Below, piece by piece: positions 23,490-57,600 of a DNA stretch of 64,000 nucleotides. Made by a program: the position numbers and the translations under genes. Each line of letters opens with the position of its first letter. Positions within the stretch are counted from its first letter, which is position 1. This DNA comes from Scyliorhinus canicula. Taxonomy: Eukaryota. Location of the stretch: NCBI RefSeq assembly GCF_902713615.1, contig NC_052150.1:35618297-35682296 (forward strand), in the 5' to 3' direction. The notes under the pieces were generated by a model, which was not told the origin of the DNA, searched no databases, and worked only from the letters and a program-made list of their open reading frames with translations.

Positions 23490-24956
23490 GCACTCAGGTC
23501 TTGCGTTGATCAGCTGGCGGGGGGGTATTCGCAGACATCTTCAACCTCTCTTTACAACAATCTGAGGTCCCTATCTGCTTCAAAATGACCATCATCCCTA
23601 TACCAAAGAAAAGCCAAGCAGTGTGCCTTAATGACTATAGTCGAGTGGCCCTGACATCCATCATTATGAAGTGCTTTGAAAGGTTAGTCATGGCATGAAT
23701 CAACTCCAGCCTCCCAGATTGCCTTGATCCACTTCAGTTCGCCTACCGCTGCAATAGGTCCACAGCAAACACCATCTCCCTGGCTCTGCACTCAACACTG
23801 GAACACCTAGATACCAAAGACACCTATGTCAGACCCCTATTTATTGACTACAGCTCAGCCTTCAACACTATTATTACGACGAAACACATCTCCAAACTCT
23901 GTGGCCTTGGCCTCGGCTCCTCCCTCTGTGATTGGATCCTGAACTTCCTTACCCACAGACCACAATCAGTAAGGATAGGCGACAACACTTCCTCCATGAT
24001 CATCCTCAACACCGGTGCCCTACAAGGCTGTGTCCTCAGCCCCCTACTATACTCCTTATACATCTATGACTGTGTGGCTAAATTCCCCTCCAACTTGATT
24101 CTCAAATTTGCTGATGACACCACCGTAGTGGGTCGGATTTTAAACAATGGTGAGACAGAGTACAGGAATGAGAGAGAATCTGGTGAACTGGTGCGACGAC
24201 AATAATCTCTCCCTCAATGTCAACAAAACGAAGAAGATTGTCATTGACTTCAGGAAGTGTAGAGAACATGCCCCTGCCTACATCAATGGGAACGAAGTAG
24301 AAAGGGTCAAGAGCTTCAAGTTTTTAAGTTTCCAGATTACCAACAACCTGTCCTGGTCTCCCCATGCCGATAATATAGTTAAGAAAGCCCACCAACGACT
24401 CTACTTTCTCAGAAGACTAAAGAAATTTGGCATGTCAGCTACGACTCTCACCAACTTCTACAGATGCACCATTGAAAGCATTCTTTCTGGTTGTATCACA
24501 GCTTGGTATGGTTCCTGCTCTGCCCAAAACCGCAGGTACCTACAAAAGGTTGTGAACGTAGCCCAGTCCATCACGCAAACCAGCCTCCCATCCATTGACT
24601 CTATCTATAATTCCCACTGCCTCGGAAAGGCAACCAGCATAATTAAGGACCCCACGCACCCTGGACATGCTCTCTTCCACCTTCTTCCGTCAGGAAAAAG
24701 ATACAAAAGTTTGAGGTCATGTACCAGCCGACTCAGGAACAGCTTCTTCCCTGCTGCCATCAGACTATTGAATGGACCTATCTTGTATTAAGTTGATCTT
24801 TTCTCGACATCCCAGTTATGACTGTAACATTACATTCTGTAGTCTCTCCTTCCTTCCCTATGTATGGCATGCATTATCTGTATAGTATGCAAGAAATAAC
24901 ACTTTTCACTGTATACTAATACATGTGACAATAATAAATCAAATCAAATCAAATCA
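23490..24956 (+). mobile_element. Rex1/Babar-type LINE, 5' truncated
   Basis: [68 protein letters not shown]; (AAATC)n tail. Confidence 0.93.
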
Positions 24957-25379
24957 TTGTCTCTTGTATCTTAAAGGAGATATCTCCCTATTTTTCCTAA
25001 AGTGTACAATATCCCTGCAATCTGATTACAATTGCTCAGGCAATGATTATAAACACCTATTCTTTTTTGCGCCAAAATGCACACATGTCCCCAAATACTC
25101 AATGACTTGGCATTGCTACTGTTATTGAAAGGTGGGTAGGGACAACACTTTCTTGCAAACATTATAAAATTACACAGCTCAAGATCTTGGATCCAGATTG
25201 GAAACAATTGCCCTTCTGGATTGAGGAAAAATAAACATATTCTGGTAGTTTATTTTATTTTTTTTAAAACTTGATTATCTTTACAAAATAACCCTTATTG
25301 AAAAATACCATTATCCAATTAAGGTCTCACAATGCAATCTGCTTGATCAATTTAATAAAAGAACCTAAAAAGCTTCCCT

Positions 25380-28300
25380 CAGCCCCCAGAGGTGGACAAG
25401 CCCCACAGGTCACTCCGGCAGAGGCCCATGGCAGCGGAACCACCACAGGCCATTATTGCCAAGATTCACCGCTTCCAGGACAAGGACAGGATCCTGAACT
25501 GGGCAAGAAATACGCGGTCCTGTAAATGGGAAGGGCACACAATCCACGTATGCCAAGACATTGGGACCAACCTGGCCAAGCGACGGGCCGGGTTCAATGG
25601 TGCCAAGGCAGCTCTATTCAAGAACAAGGTGCAGTTCGGGATGCTATACCTAGCAAGACTCTGGGTGACTTATGAAACAAGGAACACTACTTCACCATGT
25701 CGGGGAATAAGAGGAGTTCATCCACAAGAATGAACTGGGAAAACAGCCAAAGTAATGGACTCATATTGACCATTGTCAGCGATAATATTTCTGTGTTTTC
25801 TTATAACTGCACGTCCTTGGTGGTTGGGGGGGAGGAGGGGGCAGTGGGTTACCAAGATGGGACGAGGGAGGGGGGCAGAGTAACAGCACCGGGTGTAGGT
25901 ATGGAAGAGTCGCTCCCATGGGGAGAACCACCGAACTGGCGAACATGCTGGCACAGGGAGGTAAGTGGAGAGGGGGAGCCGGGGCACAGCTCCAGAAAGG
26001 GGGGAGCACCTGGCAGAAGGGGAGGGGGGAACACAAACTAGGTCGGGGGGGGGGGGGGGCGGAGAAGGACAAGGGATGGGGAGGCGGGATGAGGAACCAC
26101 AGAGGCACAGGGAAGGGAGGACAGGAGGGATAGACAGGCCCGAGGGGGAGATTGGGGGAGGTCCGGAGAATGGGAGGGGGGTGAGGGAAGATCAGAATGC
26201 AGTTTACAACCGGTCGCACATGGGACAAAGATATCAAAGGTGGCCATCTTGGATTGTCCCCAAACAAGGAACCCACAAGGTCAGTATGGCTGACCCCGGG
26301 GGGAGGAGGGGTATGGAACACCCCTGCCCCCCCATCAGGATAGTGTTGCTCTTTTATCTTTATTAATAAGAACCACAAGAGGTGAGTACATTCCGTGTAT
26401 TGGACAAATGACCACACAACCTGTATATTAGTTCAATTATTGTTTATTGCTAAACACAGGCTTGGTCTATGCGTAATAATCTACACGCAGCTACACTTTA
26501 AACTATACCTAACGGCTTAAATGACCTTTACTTAACTTTCAAGTGACCAGCTCTGTGCGGGTTAGACAAGGCCTTTGCCTAAATCCCCACATGTGGCAGC
26601 TGGTAGTCAGGTGCATCTAGGCTGCGGCTCGTCCTTCAGGTAGCGATCACGGGTCCTTGAACTTGGCTGGTCGATGTGCTGCAGTTGGTAGGGGCAGAGG
26701 CCGGTCCCAAAAGAGACAGAATATTGGTCGCGCAGTTCTTATCCTCCAATCTTTTGGGTGGTCCCAACTCGGAATCCAATGGATCGATGGGATTTCGATC
26801 ACCTTACTCGATTCTGGCCAATTAGGGGCGGGTACCTTGATAGCTGGTAGGATCCTAGTTATTATTGTCTAAGGCACGTCGGCACGCCCAAATAAGGTAA
26901 ATAGGTGCCCCCGGGTCTGTTACTGCTGCTATGTTTCAATCTGTGTCCCATCGTCCTGGGGAAATTAGTGATTGACCTTTAGCCGGTGCAAGTATTTGTG
27001 TAGGTCTGGTTTCTTCTGCACAAAACACAGGGGTCGTGTATGTTCTGTGTCTCAAGCTGTCCACAATTCCCATTATCCTTTGCGGGTGGCCATTTTAGAT
27101 GGTCACAATAGTCACCTGGAACGTCAGGGGACTCAATGGCCTGGTGAGAGATCCAGAATCTTCACCCATCTGAAAAGCCCGAGAGCCGACATAGTCTTCC
27201 TCCAAGAGACACACTTGAGGGAGAAGGACTGACTGAGAGTAAGAAAGAGTGGGATAGGACAGACCGACCAAGCGTGCTATGGAACAAGGGCTAGTCACCA
27301 TACAGTTCAGTAGAGGGCAGCACCATAGCACAGTGGGGAGCACTGTTGCTTCACAGCTCCAGGGTCCCAGGTTCAATTCCCAGCTTGGGTCACTGTCTGT
27401 ATGGAATCTGCACATTCTCCCCATATCTGCATGGGTTTCCTCCAGGTGCCCCGGTTTCCTCTCACAAGTTCTGAAAGGCATGCTGTTAGGTAATTTGGAT
27501 ATTCTAATATCTCCCTGTGTACCCAAACAGGCACCAGAATGTGACGACTAGGGGCTTTTCACTGCAATGTTAATGTAAGCCTACTTGTGACAATATAGAT
27601 TATTATTATTACAGCGCTGAATATAATGAAGGACCTGGCCCGTGGAGGAGGGAGAGGGGGAGCCGTTTATAACGGTCCTGGAAGGGGTACTGGTGAATAT
27701 ATATGCCCCCAACTGGGACGATGCAGACTTTATCAAAAAGACCATGGCAGAAACCCCCGACCTAGACTTCCATCCACTCATCGTGGGGTGAAACTTCAAC
27801 TGTGTACAGGACCCACGCGTGGTCAGACAAACCCAGCCCTAAAGCGGAGGAATATATCTGCAATGGCGAGAGTTGAATGCCTTTATGGAGTAGATGGGGA
27901 GGGGGTTGGTGGACCCACAGAGGTTCACACACCCGAGGGAGTTCTCCTTCTCCCAGGTCGACAAAGTTTGTACCAGAAATGACTTATTTGGAGTGAGTAA
28001 ATCGGTGCTGCCAGTGGTAATGGGAACAGAGTACTCCGCAATAGTAATCTCCGACCACACTCCACACAACATGGATGTGAGGTTAGAGACAGGCCAGGCC
28101 CAATGCCCCCCATGGAGGCTGGACACAGCCCACCTTGCTGGCAAAGCATCCGGAAAAAAAAATGTCATAAGCCATCTTTGGATTTATATCCTGCAACCAG
28201 AATATGGAGTGTCTCCACATTCTGCGATGTACTGAAAGCATTAAAATGGGGGGGGGGGGATTAATCACATACAGAGCTCTCAAGGGCAGGAAGGAAAGGG

Positions 28301-31185
28301 TGTCCAGACTGGTCAACTCCATATTGGATGTGGATCAGTGATGCTCCACTGCCCAGACCGTGGCACTACTGGCGGAGAGGAAAAAAAAATTACATATGGA
28401 ACAAAGCAGTACACCAACTCCCCCAGACACAGGGATCCTTCTATGAACATTGGGACACAGCTAGGCCCTGGTGAGTTGTGTAGCGGAGGTAGTCACAGAA
28501 GATCAGATGGGCTTTGTGCTGGAGATAGCCGTGGAAGATCAGACGGGCGAATATCAGGCTCCTGCTGAACATGACCCCACCTGTGGAGGAGACACCAGAG
28601 GTGGGCAGCACAGTGGTTAGCACTGTTGCTTCACAGCGCCAGGTTCAATTCCCAGCTTGGGTCTGTCTATGCAGTCTGCACATTCTCATGTCTGCATGGA
28701 TTTCCTCCGGATGGTTCCAGTTCCCTCCCACAAAACTCCCAAAAGACATGCTTGTTAGGTGAATTGGACATTCTGAAATCTCCCTCAGTGTACCCAAACA
28801 GGCACTGTAGTGTGGAGACTAGGGGATTTTCACAGTAACTTCATTGTAGTGTTAATGTCAGCCTACTTGTAACACTGATAAAGATTTTAAAAAAGGATGA
28901 AGTGATCATTTCCCCAGATGCAGAGAAAGCCCTCGACAGTCAAATGGAAGTACCGGAACGGTTTGGTTTTGGGCTGGGGTTCACCTCATGTTTGAAACTA
29001 CTGTATAGCACTCCAATTGCAAGAGTACAGACAAACACCACCAGCTCTAATACTTCCAGCTGCGCAATAGCACAAGGCAGGGATGCCCATTGTCCCTGCT
29101 GCTATTTACTCTGGCAATCAAGCCTCTGGCTATCGCTCTCAGAGCAGCGAAGGGGCGAAGAGGCATTCAAAGGGGAGACAGGGAGCAAATCTAGTGGATG
29201 ATTTGCTCCTCTGTCTTGAGCCCCTTAGCCAGTATGGGAGAAATAATGGAGAAATAAAAGCGCTTCTCAGGTTACAAACTCACCCCGAGCAACAGCAAAA
29301 TCTTCCCCGTGAACCCTGGAGGGTTGCAGATGGAGAAGTTGCCATTCAAACTGGCCCAAACCAGATTCCGATATCCAGGGATCCAAACAGCCCACGACTG
29401 GACTCTGCACTCTGATCCACAAATGGAACCTAGTGGGTCTCAGAGGAGGTAAAGAGGGGCCTGCGGAGGTGGGACTCGTGCATGCTCTCCGTGGCGAGGA
29501 GTACGCAGACGATCAAGATGAATGTGCTGCCTAGGTTCCTCTTCCGATCATCATCCCCAAGGCTTTCTTCACCAAAATAGACAAATTAATCATGCCATTT
29601 GCATGTTGGTGGGGGGGAACCCAAGGATCAGAAAGAGTGCACTGCAAAGAGTGAGATACGAGGGAATGGTCCTCCCAAACCTCCTATTCTACTACTGGGC
29701 AGCCACCGCAGAAAGAGTATGGAAATGGGAAAGAAGCCGGAATGGGTTGAAATAGAGTAGAGTTCCTGCATGGGGACATCCCTCCAAATAGTGCCAACGA
29801 CCCTACTCCCATTCCTTCCTCTCTCTCCCCTCCCCCCCCCCCCCCCCCCCCAGCCAGACACTCAAAGAGTTCAGTGATAGTGGCCACGCTGAAAACGTGG
29901 AACCAACTGAGACACCAGTTTGATCTGACCACAATGTTCACCATGGCCCCCATCTGCAAGAACCATAAATTCAACCCTGCGTCTATGGATGGAGACAGGA
30001 CAAGCGGGTATTGATGGTAGGGGACCTATACATGGATGGCAGAGTAATAACCCCAAGGGAACTCACGGACAAGCTCCAACTCCCAAAAGGGAACAAGCTA
30101 CGATATATACAGATAAGTAACCTCCTCTGAAAGGAGGCAGCGTCGCTCCCCCAGCTACCGGAACACTCCCTACTAGACAGACTCCTGACCATGGGAAAAC
30201 TAAGGGACGGTAACTGCACTGACAAGTTCGGACCGTTACTAGGAGGAGGTATGGTCACCACTTGATGAGACTCAGAAGTGGGAGGAAGAGTCAGGCATGG
30301 AGATTGGGCGAAGGACTCTGGATCGAAGCGCTGCATAGGGCGAACTTCACCTTCACATGCATCAAGTTGAGCCTATTACAGCTAAAGGTGATGCACAGGG
30401 CGCATCTAACCAGAACACAAATTAGCAGGTTTTTCCTAGAGAGGGAGGACAAATGTGAATAGTGCCATGGAGACAGAGCCAACCACACCCACATGTTCTG
30501 GACTTGCCACAGACTCGTTGGGTACTGGAATCGCTTTTCCGAGGCAATGTCCAAGGTCGTTGGGGTAAGGGTGGAGCCGTGCCCACAAGTGACGGTCTAC
30601 AGGGTGTTGAAACAGCTATAGCTCTTCACTCAAGAGGGGCAGACCCTAGCCTTTGCTTCCCTTTTCGCCCGCCGAAAACTCCTGCCCAGCTGGCTATCTG
30701 CTGCGCCACCCAGGCCACGGACTGGCTGCCCAAATTGGCAGAGTTCCTCCAATTGGAAAAAATACAATAATCCCTTTGGGGATTGGAGGAAGGCTTCCAC
30801 AACACATGGAGGCTATTCACCAGCCTGTTCCAAGATCTGTTTGTGACCACCAACCAATAAACAAGTGGGGGCCAATGCCAAACATGCCCCCTAGTATGTT
30901 CTAGCACCATGAAGCAGCAGGGACAGAAGCAAAACGGTAAGGCTGGGGTGACCGACCTTCGGGGACCTGCAAATAGGGCTCCCCCCATACCTGTACATAG
31001 GTTCTGTTTTATGAAGGTGTAACTGTCCGTTTATCCTACATGATTTATTTTTGTACACTAATTTTCTAGAGCCCTTTAGCTTCCTTTCCACTTTCTGTTT
31101 ATCTATATTATTAACGCGCATTATCCTTGGCAACTCACTGTAAAAGATTTATGAAACCAAAGAAATATTTTTGAAAAAGTAAAAT
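25380..31185 (+). mobile_element. Old L1 LINE: ORF1 C-terminus, G-rich spacer, decayed ORF2, 3' UTR
   Basis: IIAKIHRFQDKDRILNWAR..QDIG..LAKRRAGF..FGMLYLARLWVT (ORF1); VTWNVRGL, FLQETH, DAEKALD, KVMHRAHLT. Confidence 0.9.
26344..27107 (-). mobile_element. Solo LTR inserted at the start of the L1 endonuclease
   Basis: TG...CA termini; 4-bp TSD ATAG; L1 reading IR-IVTWN resumes across it. Confidence 0.85.
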
Positions 31186-31524
31186 ACAAGAACCCAAATT
31201 TATGTGCTGCCTTTCATTACCTCAGGATTTCCCATAGGGCTTAACAGCTGATGAAGTACTTGGTTCTTGCTGTAATTTGGAAAATAACAGCCAATTTGGA
31301 CACAGCATGGTCCCTCAAATAGCAATGAATTTTATTTTAAATATTGGGTGAGGGACATAATAACAAGGAAATTGTAGAGAACTCCCTACTCTACAAATAG
31401 TGCCACGGAATCTTTTACAAGATGCCAAATCGGGTTCCCTGTAGTGTAAAATATCACCTGAATGTTGGCACTGGCAATGTTGGAGCATTTCCTTAGTACT
31501 GTAATGAAGCATGAGCCGTTAGTT

Positions 31525-31760
31525 ACTTTCGACAACTAAAGTATTAAAGTAGTCACCATAGTCCCCGAGGAACATAGGCGGCTTTGCCCTTTAAGGACGG
31601 AGAGCTGACTGGTGGCGATTTAACCCGAGGACCACCACACTTCAGGCGAGGGGCAAGGTTGAGAAGGCAGAGCCTTCATGAATAACCTCAGCCAGTACAG
31701 GAATTGAACGCATGCTGTTGGCCTTGCTCTGCATCATGAACCAGCTGTCCAGCCAACTAA
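31525..31760 (-). mobile_element. tRNA-derived SINE with a different body
   Basis: Head GCTGGACAGCTGGTT..GTTCAATTCC shared with short SINEs at 36680-36888(-), 39390-39583(-), 42550-42717(+), 60762-60922(-). Confidence 0.7.
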
Positions 31761-32783
31761 TAACTAGAACATAAAATGTGCATGTAGTGAATGACCATTA
31801 TTTTGCTTGCATGTAAGGTTGTTTAGGTGATTAGTAGTACTGACCATTCATACACTCGCTCATTGATTGAACAGTTAACCAGAAAGCTATTTCACTAGAA
31901 GAATGCATACTTAAGCCAGACGATGAGTCAACGCAGATCATTTTGATCTTACACAATTTGGGTACGGTTGTATTTAACAGCATAGTGAACATATTGGGAA
32001 CCTCAAGTTTAAATTTACACTTATACACCGAAGATAAATTAAAAACAGTGACAAAGAGGCGGCTTAAATTGTTTGCAAAACTGAACTTGCCTTCATTGCA
32101 GGAAAATAATCTGGAGAGGGGATATAACAGGTGCTTAAAAAGTCACGGATTTTGATGTTAGAAAATAAAAAGCTCGACCTACACTGCATACAAATAAAGT
32201 TTAAACACTAGCACGTTGGGCAGATGGCACATTTCTGCGCTGTACTTCTAGGTATGCAGAATTGGAGGAACAATACAATATTTACTAGCATCAAACAAAT
32301 ATTGTAGGATTTCTCCCTCCCTCCAGGAGCAGTGTAGAAAGGACTCCAGTCAGAAAATGATTAGCAATCCCTTTCACAGATGGATAACCGCAAATTATAA
32401 ATATTGTGTGGCATTTTTCTCTCCTCTTTCACATGGCTTATCCCATGACAAGAGATAAAGCATGTGCCAGAAGGCATGCAACTAAAAGCAGTCGTCTCAT
32501 CAAGACCGAAAAATTATGCAACTGTGGGAAAAATAGACAATAAAAATGTATAAATTGTTTCATTGACATCATGTAAAAAATTAAATGACAGAGCTTCACA
32601 AATTTGTTTTCATTTCTAAGACAAGATTTATCAGATGCTTATATTTGTGCAACATAGTTTTACATTGTATTGACCATTCAACCATTGCCAAAACAAAAGA
32701 GCGGAATAAAAAGGTTTTTTGAATTGTAATCAGTAGTTGACCAATATTTCTTCCAAATTAAAAAAAACTCATTTGAATAAATG

Positions 32784-53500
<20,717 letters not shown>

Positions 53501-53823
53501 CTTTCTGCTGCTCACGCTTTGGAATGCTGGGAGCGGAAGCTCAACACTCGCTGAACGTCACATCCAGGCGACGCAATCCAGCGTCGCCCACCAACTACAA
53601 CTACCGGCATGCACTGCCCTGGAAGAACGGCGACAGTGGCGCGCGTGGGACGCCGGAATCTGTAGTGCGAAAAGTAGCGTCACGGCCAAGAGGCGGGGGC
53701 GAGGCCGTGATCACGTGCCCAAGCTGCCAGCTTATCCGCGCGCGCCATAATTGTCGCGCTTGCGTGGTCGGGGTGAATTCTTGTAACATTTGCATCTTAT
53801 TCTGACCTCCAGCCCATTGTATA
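53501..53823. promoter_or_regulatory. CpG-rich bidirectional promoter between PSMA2 and MRPL32
   Basis: ACTACAACTACCGGCATGCA at 53594-53613 (ZNF143/THAP11-type motif); inverted ACTACA at 53661-53666; GC box GAGGCGGGGC ~53690; TCACGTG at 53711; CGGAAG ETS core ~53534; YY1-type CCGCCATCTT over the PSMA2 ATG. Confidence 0.8.
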
Positions 53824-53908
53824 ATGGCGTCGTTACAGCGACTGTTTCCGTCCTGGTCAACGCTGGAACGAGCTCTGCTGCACGGGCTGGGCCTACAGCA
53901 ACGTTTAG
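53824..53908 (+). CDS. MRPL32: Probable first coding exon of mitochondrial ribosomal protein L32 (MASLQRLFPSWSTLERALLHGLGLQQRL); I could not find later exons in the window
   Basis: Strong Kozak ataATGG, mitochondrial-presequence-like composition, phase-1 donor TAG|GTGAGA. MRPL32 lies head-to-head with PSMA2 in other vertebrates. Identity rests mainly on synteny. Confidence 0.72.
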
Positions 53909-54624
53909 GTGAGAATGTGAGGGTAGTAACAGCAGAGTAAGGACAGTGAAGAATGTGTTTATCCAGGAACCCCACCATCTACCCCTGGGTTCCTTTGGCT
54001 GTCTGTCTATGTAACAGTTATTATCCATGGCATCAGGTGTGTGTTCAATTGTGTCTGATATCTGTTGTAATGGTGGTGCTGCTGTATATTTTTTTATTCT
54101 GAATGGCATTCCCCTGTAAATGGCAGATGAGGAGTTTGATATGTATGGTTTTCACAGTTTTCCCAACATTACTCTCAATCCTTGGGCCGTGCATATTGCT
54201 TTTGATGTAAAAGCTCCAACATTCACAATGCTCCCATTCAACTTTTTATAATAATAACCTTTATTGTCACATGTAGGTTATTATTATAAAAAGTTGAATG
54301 GGAGCATTGACACTGTTCGGGTACGCAGAGGGAGAATTCAGAATGTCCAAATTACCTAATACCATGTCTTTCTGGACTTGTGGGAGGAAACCCACGCAGA
54401 CACGGGAAGAATGTGTAGACTCCGCAATGATAGTGACCCAAGCCAAGAATTGAACCTGGAACCTGGTTCTGTGAAGCCACAGTGCTAACCACTCAGCTAC
54501 TGTGCCGATGAACAGTTTATGAAGTTTTCTGTTGTCATCTCTGATCCTGAAAGAGTATGGAAGATGAGGACATTGAGCTATACATGGCTTCAGAAGGATA
54601 AGTCTGTCCAATTTGCAATTAATA

Positions 54625-57600
54625 ATAGAACATAGAACGATACAGCGCAGTACAGGCCCTTCGGCCCTCGATGTTGCACCGACATGGAAAAAAAACTAAA
54701 GGCCATCTAACCTACACTATGCCCTTATCATCCATATGCTTATCCAATAAATTTTTAAATGCCCTCAATGTTGGCGAGTTCACTACTGTTGCAGGTAGGG
54801 CATTCCACGGCCTCACCACTCTTTACGTAAAAAACCAACCTCTGACCTCTGTCCTATATCTATTACCCCTCAATTTAAGGCTATGTCCCCTCGTGCTAGC
54901 CACCTCCATCCGCGGGAGAAGGCTCTCACTGTCCACCCTATCTAACCCTCTGATCATTTTGTATGCCTCTATTAAGTCACCTCTTAACCTTCTTCTCTCT
55001 AACGAAAATAACCTCAAGTCCATCAGCCTTTCCTCATAAGATTTTCCCTCCATACCAGGCAACATCCTGGTAAATCTCCTCTGCACCCGTTCCAAAGCTT
55101 CCACGTCCTTCCTATAATGAGGCGACCAGAACTGTACGCAATACTCCAAATGCGGCCGTACTAGAGTTTTGTACAACTGCAACATGACCTCATGGCTCCG
55201 GAACTCAATCCCTCTACCAATAAAGGCCAACACACCATAGGCCTTCTTCACAACCCTATCAACCTGGGTGGCAACTTTCAGGGATCTATGTACATGGACA
55301 CCGAGATCCCTCTGCTCATCCACACTACCAAGAATTTTACCATTAGCCAAATATTCCGCATTCCTGTTATTCTTTCCAAAGTGAATCACCTCACACTTCT
55401 CCACATTAAACTCCATTTGCCACCTCTCAGCCCAGCTCTGCAGCTTATCTATGTCCCTCTGTAACCTGCAACATCCTTCCGCACTGTCTACAACTCCACC
55501 GACTTTAGTGTCGTCTGCAAATTTACTCACCCATCCTTCTGCGCCCTCCTCTAGGTCATTTATAAAAATGACAAACAGCAACGGCCCCAGAACAGATCCT
55601 TGTGGTACGCCACTCGTAACTGAACTCTATTCTGAACATTTCCCATCAACTACCACTCTCTGTCTTCTTTCAACTAACCAATTTCTGATCCACATCTCTA
55701 AATCACCCTCAATCCCCAGCCTCCGTATTTTCTGCAATAGCCGACCGTGGGGAACCTTATCAAACGCTTTACTGAAATCCATATACACCACATCAACTGC
55801 TCTACCCTCGTCTACCTGTTCAGTCACCTTCTCCATGAACTCGATAAGGTTTGTGAGGCATGACCTACCCTTCACAAAACCATGCTGACTATCCCTAATC
55901 ATATTATTCCTATCTAGATGATTAGAAATCGTATCTTTTATAATCCTCTCCAAGACCTTACCCACCACAGACGTTAGGCTCACCGGCCTATAGTTACCGG
56001 GGTTATCTCTACTCCCCTTCTTGAACAAAGGGACCACATTTGCTATCCTCCAGTCCTCTGGCACTATTCCTGTAGCCAATGATGACCTAAAAATCATAGC
56101 CAAAGGCTCAGCAATCTCTTCCCTGGCTTCCCAGAGAATCCTAGGATAAATCCCATCCGGCCCCGGGGACTTATCTATTTTCACCTTGTCCAGAATTGCC
56201 AACACTTCTTCCCTACGCACCTCAATGCCATCTATTCTAATAGCCTGGGTCTCAGCATTCTCCTCCACAATATTATCTTTTTCTTGAGTGAATACTGACA
56301 AAGTATTCATTTAGTATCTCGCTTATCTCCTCAGCCTCCACACACAACTTCCCACCACTGTCCTTGACTGGCCCTACTCTTACCCTAGTCATTCTTTTAT
56401 TCCTGACATACCTATAGAAAGCTTTTGGGTTTTCCTTGATCCTACCTGCCAAAGACTTCTCATGTCCCCTCCTTGCTCGTCTCAGCTCTCTCTTTAGATC
56501 CTTCCTCGCTTCCTTGTAACTATCAAGCGCCCCAACTGAAACTTCACGCCTCATCTTCACATAGGCCTCCTTCTTCCTCTTAACAAGAGATTCCACTTCT
56601 TTGGTAAACCACGGTTCCCTCGCTCGACCCCTTCCTCCCTGCCTGACTGGTACGTACTTATCAAGAACATGCAATAGCTGTTCCTTGAACAAGCTCCACA
56701 TATCCAGTGTGCCCAACCCTTGCAGCCTACTTCTCCAACCAACACATCCTAAGTCATGTCTAATGGCATCATAATTGCCCTTCCCCCAGCTATAACTCTT
56801 GCCCTGCAGGGTATACTTATCCCTTTCCATCACTAACGTAAAGGTCACCGAATTGTGGTCACTGTTTCCAAAGTGCTCACCTACCTCCAAATCTAACACC
56901 TGGCCTGGTTCATTACCCAAAACCAAATCCAATGTGGCCTCGCCTCTTGTTGGCCTGTCAACATATTGTGTCAGGAAACCCTCCTGCACACATTGTACAA
57001 AGAACGACCCATCTAATGTACTCGAACTATATCTTTTCCAGTCAATATTTGGAAGTTAAAGTCTCCCATAACAACTACCCTGTTACTTTCGCTCTTTTCC
57101 AGAATCATCTTCGCCATCCTTTCCTCTACATCGCTAGAACTATTAGGTGGCCTATAGAAAACTCCCAACAGGGTGACCTCTCCTTTCCTGTTTCTAACCT
57201 CAGCCCATACTACCTCAGAAGAAGAGTCCCTATCTAGCATCCTTTCCGCCACCGTAATACTGTCCTTGACTAGCAGCGCCACACCTCCCCCTCTTTTGCC
57301 CCCTTCTCTGAGCTTACTAAAACACCTAAACCCCAGAACCTGCAATAACCATTCCTGTCCCTGCTCTATCCATGTCTCTGAAATGGCCACAACGTCGAAG
57401 TCCCAGGTACCAACCCATGCTGCCAGTTCCCCTACCTTATTTCGTATACTCCTGGCATTGAAGTAGACACACTTCAAACCACCTACCTGAACACTGGCAC
57501 CCTCCTGCGAAGTCAAATCTGTGCTCCTGACCTCTATACTCTCAATCTCCCGTACCCCAAAACTACAATCCAGGTTCCCATGCCCCTGCTGAATTAGTTT

